From NCBI GenBank assembly GCA_965644295.1, contig CBFFRP010000252.1, forward strand, positions 1-43,240: a stretch of 43,240 nucleotides of DNA, in the 5' to 3' direction. The translations under genes and the position numbers were made by a program. The notes under the pieces were generated by a model. The model had not been told where the DNA came from and did no database searches. It was given only the letters and a program-made list of their open reading frames with translations. Shown here in pieces: positions 32,939 through 43,240 of this stretch; within the stretch, counting starts at the first letter, position 1, and the number at the start of each line of letters is the position of its first letter. Origin of the DNA: Paraphysomonas bandaiensis (Eukaryota > Protista > Chrysophyceae).

Positions 32939-33676
32939 TGTGATGAATAGCAATATTGTAAAAATTGTCGTAGCTCTCTCTAACGTTCTTAGATGTGGTT
33001 TTTGTAATAAGTATGTTGATATCGATTTCTCTTTCATCGCCGCGCGACGTGTTTTCTGTAGCATTCCGCACTATCCTTGTTGAGTTCTGCAGTACGATGC
33101 GGTATGTATTGTGAAATTGATGTGAGTTAACAGTGTGCAACAGGTAGAAAAAAATCATAAGTGTAACGGGCGAATAAAGCTACAAAGGAAGGAAGTTCAG
33201 TAGCTGATGTGTGACTGTAGAAGATATAGGAGTGACTGGTGAATATATAAAGATAAACAAGTATAATGTTTCTGAGCAAGTATGTAACTTGATATTACTA
33301 GGATATGCTGTGAAGTGTTGAGATTATTTAATTCTTTCTTGAAAGTGCATTGCCATATTCTAGCAATCCTCAATTCTCCTGGTCTGAGACAAATGCACCT
33401 GCTTCAGCAGAATAAAACTACAGTGGCGTTTCCTACCTCTTCACTTCCAGAATTCAACAAGATTTAAGTAGAATTTTTTATCAGAACTAAATGGAATACA
33501 TAAATTTTTAAAATTTTTTATCGCCTTGCACTTGAGGAATAAAATCTTGAAGGTCTTGTCAACCACAGCTATGTCTATAACATCGAGTTAAACCTCATAC
33601 GCCACACTAGAGGCAAAACAAGTGTATTTTACGACCTAAGTTAATACACATTCTGCCTGTCAAGAAATCGATGTAT

Positions 33677-34974
33677 CTATATACGTGTAACATCACCATC
33701 ATCATCCGCTTCGCTGCTAACACGGAAATACTTAATACTATCTGCGTCAGTTTTTCTTGTAAGTGCTATATTTCCGAACTCTACTGCTGATTTAGTCCGG
33801 CAACTGTCAATACTTTGATGGTCATGATCAGTCTGACTACGGAGGACAATGATAATACAAATTCCTAAAATTACGAGCGCTGCGCCTGCCATGGTCAGAG
33901 CATCAACAGTATCAGCAGTAAAAAACTCCTGCCATATTAAGCCGAATATCACGTCTGATGTACGCACACCATTTGCGCGAGCAGCTTTTTCTCTCTGTAG
34001 ACCTACATATAAAGTATCCGGTCATTAGTATATATTACTCAACGCTTAACACATGCGCATATATTCAATGTAGACATAAGGAAGTAACGAACCGTATGTT
34101 AAGCTAGCTTGGCTAATGGTTCCAATTACAGCCGTTCCAGCAATCATGGACCAGGTATGGGACGACAAGTCCAGTTTTAATGTTTGACCACTGATCAAAA
34201 GGCAAGGTCCTAGGTACAAAAACTCATTACAACGACACAGGAAACGAATAATAAACTCCATCAATCCATGCATGCACACACCTGAAAGAATAAGCTGCGA
34301 AACACTTTGTGCCAGAGTCACCTGTGGCCATGGAGTCTTAACAGATGTACCTAGCGCTCGCACCGTAGTGTATGCTCCCGCAGCAAACAGCGCTGCCAGA
34401 AGTCCACATACAACACCCATAACTTTTACTGGTTCACTCTCTGACACGGAATGGGAACCATATACCCATTTTTGTATAATTGGTGGCTGGGCAACAAGAA
34501 CGATGCCAAGTAATGACACAATTGTAGCGACGACTTCAGGGAGTAGCCACGGTTCACCCAGAAAAAAATATGCAAAAAGGGCACTGAATATTAGGCTCTG
34601 GCGATCAAGTATCAGAGCATATCCAACCGGCAAGGCATCAACCGCCAAAACAATAAATGCTAGACCAATGTAAGCCAATACACTTGTGAGAACGAGAATT
34701 TGGTTGCTGCGGTCATTGGATCCAAACAGATTGACACTGTGTCCTTGTAAATGCTGCCGATAGATAAAAGAAAGAGCAAATACTAGTTGACAACATCCAC
34801 GAATAAATAGCAGTTGAAATGTACTATGAAAATGTACTACAAGTAGAGATTAGTGGGAAGAAGTATATGAAATGTTGAGCACTTACAGTCATCTGCTAAT
34901 ATCTTTATCATTAAATTTTGAACCGAAAATCCCAGACCACTGAGGAAGATCATAAGCAAAGGGATCATTGGCAT
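33677..34974 (-). CDS. Drug/metabolite transporter (EamA/SLC35G-like), multi-exon
   Basis: Multiple TM helices; LFIRGCCQ, LPVGYA, FSALFAYFFLGE, GIVLVAQP, MAGAALVILG; start codon tentative. Confidence 0.85.
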
Positions 34975-35420
34975 GGTGTTTTAAGGAATTAAACGAGGTA
35001 ACTCAGTAGCATTATCCAGCCTGTTGTCTTATGAGTGTTATGTGGACACTGCAGAGGCTCAATGCATCATACCGTTACTGGACACACGCTACACACGAGG
35101 CGTCCTTGTGACAGTATTCCACGGTATTGTGCTGTATACACCAGTAAAGTACAGCAGTGTGATGTTGTACTGTGTATAGATACAGCAGTACACAGTACGA
35201 TAGTATGATACACTGTAAAGTATGAGTCGAGTCGTGCGTATACTACTGTATACTATACTCTTGTCGTGTAGTGGTGCTGCTGTGTAGCGTATACGGTATA
35301 CCGCATAGTTGTACAGGAGTATCATCACACAGCAGTATCATGCTATGCATACTCTAGATACAACTCACAGGCAGATACCCACACTCTCATCCACACTCTC
35401 ATCCAGAATAAAGAAATAAC

Positions 35421-37883
35421 ATGCCGTTATTTTCTTCCCTGGGACAGGGAGATATCTGGTCCATCAATGGAATCAATTTTTCAAGGTCAGTACAGTAAAG
35501 TATCGTTCTATGTCCTCTTAAGATATTCATACTATACATATGGATGGATATAACAGCCCAGTCAATGATATCCTAGATAAAGAATTCTATACTCTAGAAG
35601 AACTTTTACAGGAAGATGAACTCTTTGAGGAAGTGAAATCTGGCAACGGGCGTGTCATTGAATTGTAATGCTCTCATATGATATGACTGATGCTACTATT
35701 GACCATGCTTTTGTATATAGCCTTACAACAGAGGAAGCCATTGATAAGTTAGTTGGATATATTATAACTCCCGCTGATGAAGATGCTAGTGACATTAGAA
35801 AGTATAAGTAAGCGCGTATTTTAGAATGGATTATGTCTGTGACTATTATGCTCTTACACACAGATATCCGTTTGCGAGCTGTGAAGTGTTTTGTTGTGAG
35901 GTACCCAATATCTTAGAGACTTTGGTGAATGGATATGAGGGGAAATATTTTGACCGATTGTTTTCTATTCTTACGTTAGATTCTCCGCTCGATCATTTTC
36001 TTGCAGGATACTTTGAGAAAATTCTTGCGATACTTTTTCGTCGAATGACAGAGCCTGTCATGACTTACCTCAATAGGGGTGGAATGGCCCTGCTTCACAA
36101 GTTTTTGGTACATATAGATAATTATTCTGTGATGCAGATTGTACAACGTTTGATGTTGCCCCACATTCCATTCTCGAATGAAGACATTGAGTCCATGAAA
36201 GCGGAAGAGCGTATATCCTTTCAATGCAACTGGCCCTACCAGAAAGATACATGTAATATGCTTTTCGAAAGAATGTTGGACAAACATTCGCCCGATATTC
36301 CCTCTCATATATCCGATCTGCTCATCACTGTTTTACAGCTATCTCCGCATGAATCTTCATTTCTAACGAACCTATGCGATTCTAAACATATACCTGAGTT
36401 GTTGTCCTATGCTGCAATGGTGTATTCCCAGCCAATGGCTCTTACTGACCCACCTACTGTGGAGCTTAGTATCAGCCTTGGTTCCATTTGTGTGCTTGAA
36501 TCTCTGATCTCGAGGCTGTGTGAAGTATTGAGTCCCTTCGAGTTTGATGATGCCCAGCATGGAGATGAGGCTGCTAATACGGCTGGGCGGGTCTCTGTAG
36601 CCATCGCAGAGAGCGTTGAGAAATTGAGCTGCGCCTTAATCCAAGTGGTACCTCGGATTTCCGACCAGCTTAGGGCTTACTGTACTGGGAATTGTCCCAC
36701 TTCTTCCGCTCTGTGTGGGAACTTTGATGCCCAGTGTAACCAAACCTTCTGCCGCCTTGGCCCGAGGGGTCTTAACCTAGTGAAACTGGTGGAAGCGATG
36801 GTGAGACTAGCCAATGACGACTTGGATGACGCTCTTTGCAATTCGGGAGCCTTTTTTGCATGCATTGACCTCATGTTTTCATATCCCCTGAACTCCCTTC
36901 TGCATCTGTCCGTACAACGTATAGTACTCATTCTCATCGAAGGCGGTGCTTCTGATCGGTACGCCTACCACTACTGTATCCATGAATGCATTCGTGACAT
37001 TAATAATATTTTTCAGTACTCTTAAGCACCTATTTGCTGACTGTGGACTGCTAGAGCGTGTGATGAAGGTTGTTGGACAGGAGGCTGGTGCTACATCTAG
37101 CAGTGACGCTACAACAAGACAACTTATCGCTGGGAGCAGACGTCCAATAGTGGGGCATGTCATAACAATTGCACAGGTAGTGCAGTCGATTGGCGGTGTC
37201 TACCTACTTTGTATAACTATTGCCGGTGTAGACTCTATGTGCTGCGTTGCGGACTGAGGACAATAGCGTTCTGGTGATGTCAGGGGAGAATGATGCAGAA
37301 AACAACTGGAAAACAGCTCCAAACATTATGTGAGTTTCCCAGAATGAATGTCGAGTATGTGTGCATATAACTGGTAGCCAGTCAGGATAATGAGAAAATT
37401 CCCTCTTGTGCTTCTTCACTTCGACGTGTGATAGAGGAATGTGACCTGGCCCAAGAGTGGGATACTTTTGAAAGTAGGGAGTTGCACATGCTTATTGAGA
37501 AGCAGACAGGAGTCGCCGCAGTAGATGTGACACCTGTAAGTTTTTTATGCCTAGTTACATTGACTGCACCCTTATTGTGGATAATACAGGAGTCCAGCCC
37601 CAAGTCCGAACCCGCTTCTCATGTAGATGGTGCTTTAGAATCCCTTTCTCTGAGCGATCGATCAGCTTGGGAGAGTATTAAGGAGGATGGGATCAATGCA
37701 TCTGCTCGTGATAGCGATGCCAAGGATCATGACATAAACTTGAATGATGATGATACCCCCCACGCAGCAATCAGTCGCTCCTTATCATCCTGTGATAATA
37801 GTGATGATGATAACGACATGGAGAATATAGAAGCCAGCGAGATCGGAGAACTGTGCAGTCCGTTGGAAAATACGGACTTGTGA
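35421..37883 (+). CDS. SIT4-associated protein (SAPS) / protein phosphatase 6 regulatory subunit, multi-exon
   Basis: SPVNDILDKE...TLEELLQEDELFEEVK, YPFASCEVFCCEV, LAGYFEKIL, RLGPRGLNLVKL, IDLMFSYPLNSLLH, acidic C-terminus. Confidence 0.88.
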
Positions 37884-38692
37884 TAATACTTTGTCCTTTG
37901 ACACGGGTTTTTCAGCCTTGGGGTCCACAACGATCGCTGCACCTTTTAATACCGACTTTTATTCAAGTGGTTAGGCTGAAGTATATGTAGATTCTTCGAC
38001 TAGTGCTTTGGATTTTATCCCAACACCCTCCGGTTGGTCACTTACTCCGTAATGTCTACTACACATGCCGCCCACTTCATATATTTTTGGAGCAGATAAT
38101 ACTTTTGATCCTTTTGGAAATGTATCTGCTATGGATACCTTTGTGGTTTCAATTAACGAAGATGTCAAGACAAGGATCTGTGTCAAACGTAGTATAGATA
38201 TTCTGGTGTTGTACAATATTAAATGTACCCATGATCAAAGTTCCATGTGCGTATTTGCAATGAAATTATGTTATACACTATACCTTGGGATCCACATTTC
38301 CTCGAGAATGTTCCCGTTCGGCGATCAAATAATTCATTATCATTTCACTAATGCAAATGTTTTCATTCGTTACTTTTGAGTGTTATATATTGCGAAAAAT
38401 CGGATAGTGAATTAATCCGGAGCAGATTTATCGTATGCACTTACTAATCACCAGTGAATCATAGATAAGTGACGCTAAATGCCCTTACGTGTCTCAATTG
38501 CTCCTGAAAATCAGTCACATTTAAGCATTTACCAGATTCGCTGACAACAACTAGGCTCAATGCAGCCTGAAACTATCACATTTCGAGCCCCAAACTCGTC
38601 GTCATTCAACAACTTTCTTATATTATTAAAGGTTGTATATTCTTCAGCTATAACTACGAGTCAGATTGAGGAAAATAGCTACATATCCAAAA

Positions 38693-38747
38693 GAGATGCG
38701 CCATCAGGTTGCACTGACATGCTGCAAACCGTCATTCACGCTACCCC
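38693..38747 (-). promoter_or_regulatory. Candidate SECIS element
   Basis: About 30 nt after the stop: GGGGUAGCGU-GA-AUGAC-GGUUUGCA-loop-UGCAACC-UGAU-G-GCGCAUCUC, i.e. helix I, UGAC/UGAU quartet and helix II; apical AA is missing. Confidence 0.6.
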
Positions 38748-38775
38748 AATAGATATATTCTGTAGTAGCTTACAT

Positions 38776-39667
38776 TTATGCATCCTCACACGACTCAAGA
38801 AGGACTTCAGCAATTACTTCTGGTGGCTATACAAGACGTACTATAATATCAGCAATCATGTCATGGAAATTACGTACACAGTACCTGTGCTCCAGAAAAT
38901 GCCGTGGGTCTCCCGTTGCAATTCTCAATGATGAAGTAGGGCACACCTGACACACGCATTGAGTGTTTTGCTTGCCGATCGGCATCTATCACTTCCTGTC
39001 GATACATATCCTTGTTTCCTAGCACAGTACCAACATCCTCGCTGCTGAGGCCTACTTCGGTTGCTACAGCTTCGAGCTCGTCCCTCTTCGAAAGGTCCTT
39101 CGCCTCTTCGAAGTATGCATGAAACATTTTCTGCATCAGTGCATCACTCTTTTGTGGATTCTCGCGATTGCACCATTCAACCAATCGATGACAGTCCACG
39201 GTATTAATGAAGCGACGCCCCTTGTTAAATTGAATACCAACTTTCGCGCCAGCAACATCCAGGGGGTTGTTTGGGCGCTCAAATCGCTCAATAGCCTCTC
39301 TGCCGTATTTGGCGACGAGATGTTCTCGCAGATCCTCTCCCTACAACATGCACTGAGACAGCGAACCATATCCCTGATGTATTTCATACTTCAGGAGGGG
39401 TGTTCATATCTAAGAAGAAAGGCATCCATTTGACGTTAATCGGAACGCCAGAGTCCTTCGAAGCACGCTCCAAGTTTCTGACGCCGACAAAGCACCAGGG
39501 TCATACAACCTACTCAATGTAATGATATATATATACATATATACAGTTCAGCAGTACATATATATATATATATATACAGATGATACTATACTACAATACA
39601 TGCATCAGACACAACACCGATACTGCTAACTCACATCTGATATAATCTTCACAGAGACTGGTTTCAT
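38776..39667 (-). CDS. DsbA/FrnE-like thioredoxin-fold oxidoreductase, probable selenoprotein (UPWC)
   Basis: Exon 1 MKPVSVKIISD (39667-39635), GT-AG intron 39634-39510, exon 2 VV-TGA-PWCFVG. Downstream WMPFFL, NTVDCHRL, FHAYFEE, VSGVPYFII, SGAQ|PPEV are all FrnE-type motifs. Confidence 0.88.
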
Positions 39668-41386
39668 TCTTAAGGTTCAAAGGTTGATTTCTTTGATCTT
39701 CTATAGTTAAATGGAGTTATTGTGAGTGTTGCAATGTATGGATAGTTATGTATGGACATATACATACATTCATACCTCACACCGCAATAGGAATTTCCTC
39801 ATAGGAATTCCTACAGCAGTATATGCATCATAGCAACTGTACAGCTGGACACTGTTCTATAGAACACACACTTAGCGAATCAAATATCTTGGATTTTGGA
39901 GAAGTTACAGAGAAAGTATTCTGTATTCTGGAAAATCATTTCGTCCAAAACCCAGGGTTTTGGTCTTTGCTCAATATCTTTTTTTGTGCACAGAGATTGT
40001 GGCTGCTTTCTCATAATGATAACCATCTCAATACTCTCTTAGTTAGAAGAACGAAAGGATGTGCTAAAGGAGAGGTGAAGGAGGACGACTCAACAGATAT
40101 CTGAAGTGAGGGAGGAGCTGAATTCTCAGCAGATGTCTCAGAGTTATACACTCTCCGTTAGAGCCACTCAAGAGGCTTGTTCACTGCTTATTCGATGTGG
40201 AGAATGCCCCTCTTCTTTTGATCGGACTGGTGTGGAGAAGCCATTGAATGGTAAGTTATTATAAACTATATATCCAGTGGTCCCAGTGAATCGGTGAAAT
40301 AAAGGGAATTTAGTACGCATAAAAGCTAGAGGGGAAGTTATCCTGGGATTATAACGTGAGTTTCAGTGAGAGGATAGCAGAGTGATGATTCCCGTAATGA
40401 GGCTAATACAAGCACCACCAACCCGATAATAGAATCTCTCCAGTACTTATTTCTTATAATACCATGGAATGGGGTGAGCCAGCACCTGCTATAGGTGCCG
40501 ACAATGCTGACTTTGAATTAGTCGCAATCAGTGTTAGTCGAATGGAACTAAACAACACTGTTGTTATTTCCTCTACATTCATTGATTTACTTTTACATCA
40601 TTTAATGTCATTATATACTTCATTTCTTAGCTACACAGCAAGATATATTGCAGTGAAAATGACGATTTTGACTGTTTCTATTTTCTGTCACAGGACGTAG
40701 TATTTTAGCATCCCACCACTACAACAGCTAAATAAACCAAGGATGCATATCAATTAATTATCAATTAATTGACTCAGGTTGTAGCCAATTATAATTGCAA
40801 TTATTACTTGTTGTCTCAATTTTAATATTTAAATTATTGCAGTTAATAGACATGGCATTCTTTTTCAATTACTTGTGCTGGAAATCGAAGATAGCATCTA
40901 TTCTTGATTAAAACTTTGATGTTAACTGTTACAATCAAAATCGAGCGTTAAAAGTGAGCAATGAGAAGCTACTTCTGGTAAACTATAGGACAGCAATTCT
41001 TGTACGAAATAAGTTCATGAGTGGTTGTTATAATTAACCCAAAAGAATGACTCTGCTTACTCTAATTTCTACACATGTCCATAAGAATGTATTATGAACT
41101 TCGAAGACGACTAACATACATAATAGAACGGGCACTATACGCTATACGTGGTCTTCATCTGTAATAAACGTATGATATTAATGTGATACAAATTTCACAA
41201 TGTCACTTGCCGTTAAGGCAATATAAAATGTACCTGACAATAAATCCGCTTTGATATATATATCACTTTGGGAACTTCCTGTATCACTACAATGCATAAG
41301 GCACTCCCCAAGAGAGATTTTATTGGCATCCAACGAACCCAGTCTAGGCTACACAGAATGGCACAGAAAATGTTAAATTTCAACAG

Positions 41387-42533
41387 CTAGCAATGTGTGT
41401 AGATCAGGAATACAGCCGTAGCTATATCTCCAGCTAACATACATTTCCTCAATACGAGACTATGCATTCCGGTAACACAATATCTCACCTCATACATACT
41501 ACTTTGTCTTCCATCCGAGGAGACAGAACTGTAGACACTTGACTGTAAGGCGTACCGCCCGTTGTGTACACATAGTACCCTTTTGTTGTGATGACTACCC
41601 TTTTTCATTAAAAGCATCAGCGCAATCGAAGATACGCCACGTGGTAAAAACTCCGCCAAAGTAAACCACAAGGAGCCATAATGAGGAAAATAATACTGCA
41701 GTTCAACCCATTGTTAAAAAGTACAATAAATATCAGACACTGTAAATAATTTACTGATGTGTCACAGGTTTTACTTACACTAGAGATATCAAAAGAAGAT
41801 TTGAGTGAACATATTTGCAATACACATATCAAAAGTCGCAGCAACGATGCTAGACTTGTTATGCCTAACGTCACTGTAAGCCTTACTAGTATACTCCTCA
41901 ACATAGTCACCCCGCTTGTGGCTGCATGGTTTTGCAGTCTGTAGACAGAAAATTACTTCAAAGAAAGTAAGCTACATAGTTGATTCACCGAATTATAAGT
42001 TTGGCACCAAATATAGACAGCCCAGTGCTGTATATGAGGCTCTGTAGAATTTCTTCCACAACAAAAGCCACGAATAAATTACTATGAAAGAATTGTGATA
42101 GAGAAGGGGATGTAAGACATGCGACAAAGGAATAAGCTTGAATCGTCGCAACAACTAAATTTACTAATAGCAAACCATTTTTGCTGTAAGCTAGAGACGA
42201 TACTGGGCCCAACTGAAGCACACAGGACCACATGTAACAAACACTACTCAAACTTGCAAAAAAAAATGCCCCACCCAATATATGAAATGCATAAGCGACA
42301 CGAGACTCATACTCATCATTTACAGAGAAAAGAATATATCTAGGTAACTCACATATTGCCATTAGAGATATTCCAATGAAAAAATATTTTGAGATGATAT
42401 GTTCAGTAGCCCGAAGTCCTCTAATGCCCATGACAAACACAGTCACGAACACTACAACTCCACAATAACCGGTAATGTAATACTCATTCTTTCTAGGACC
42501 AGTTTCGCCATAGTAAATATCATCATTGGCCAT
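41387..42533 (-). CDS. Multi-pass (about 7 TM) membrane protein, possibly TOM1/GPR137-like
   Basis: Five hydrophobic helices in 41985-42533 and more in 41387-41940 after a GT-AG intron; family assignment weak, 3' exon structure uncertain. Confidence 0.6.
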
Positions 42534-42786
42534 ATTAACACTGCCTTTGACAACTACATCCAGTTGAAAGCTTGAAAGACAGAGATATCTACATAGATAT
42601 AACTAATCACTCTGCAGGCTACTGCGGGCAGACACTTCCACTATGACTTACTCTGCGACTAGTATGACTGCCACTAAATGCACTGCGAGTGAAAGAATGT
42701 GGTTTTACATTCCAGCTCTGTGTGCGTGGACATATGGAACTGATATCTATAATATCTACACCATCAAATTACCTTGTAATGTATCA

Positions 42787-43040
42787 TGTATGTATGTATG
42801 TATCATGTATGTATGTATGTATGTATGTATGTATGTATGTATGTATGTATGTATGTATGTATGTATGTATGTATGTATGTATGTATGTATGTATGTATGT
42901 ATGTATGTATGTATGTATGTATGTATGTATGTATGTATGTATGTATGTATGTATGTATGTATGTATGTATGTATGTATGTATGTATGTATGTATGTATGT
43001 ATGTATGTATGTATGTATGTATGTATATATATGTATGTAT
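42787..43040. repeat. (TATG)n microsatellite
   Basis: Near-perfect TATG run. Confidence 0.98.
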
Positions 43041-43240
43041 TCCACAGTATTATCTCTACCCCACTTTAGGTCACCACTCATCTTCTAGGTCTGCATGTAC
43101 ACAGCTGAGAACGTCCACATGAATCATGAGCAGATATGGTGGAATTGCATCCTTTCAATTAAATAAGATTGAACTATTCTCCATGTTCACTTCCCATGAA
43201 CTTGTCCATTTCACACGAATCAATAATGAGTTCATTCGTG

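Noticed and set aside
39820-40700. Possible exon fragments on the + strand (e.g. 40042-40250 ending at GTAAGT)
   Set aside because: In-frame stop, no recognisable homology and no coherent gene model
40738-40850. Possible MITE end (CAAGGATGCATATCAATTAATT...)
   Set aside because: No matching inverted terminus or TSD found
42643-43122. MYVC/HTYI-repeat ORFs
   Set aside because: Translations of the (TATG)n microsatellite

Overview
Eukaryotic (protist-like) genomic DNA with compact genes and short GT-AG introns. The EDR2-like, GT17 and Sec-DsbA gene content suggests a stramenopile or other alga (inference). Bases 1-9615 are a young Ty3/Gypsy LTR retrotransposon on the minus strand; its LTRs look identical over the 214 bp that can be compared. 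The element is highly unusual. Its Pol carries a complete SET (lysine methyltransferase) domain between RNase H and integrase. Gag-PR and Pol are in the same frame, separated by one UGA in an AAA-stop-GUA-GAC context that is followed by a stem-loop and a proline run. Gag has twin C4 zinc fingers, the protease motif is D-H-G, and no tRNA PBS is evident. The rest of the window holds two non-autonomous hAT-type elements with 8-bp TSDs, mini- and microsatellites, and about 11 host genes: GT17 glycosyltransferase, EDR2-like PH-START-DUF1336 protein, DNA polymerase lambda, a surface protein, CitE-family lyase, TLDc protein, a coiled-coil/WW-like protein, a DMT transporter, a SAPS/PP6 regulatory subunit, a DsbA/FrnE-like selenoprotein (UPWC, with a candidate atypical SECIS) and a multi-pass membrane protein. 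All calls come from reading motifs by eye; no searches were run.
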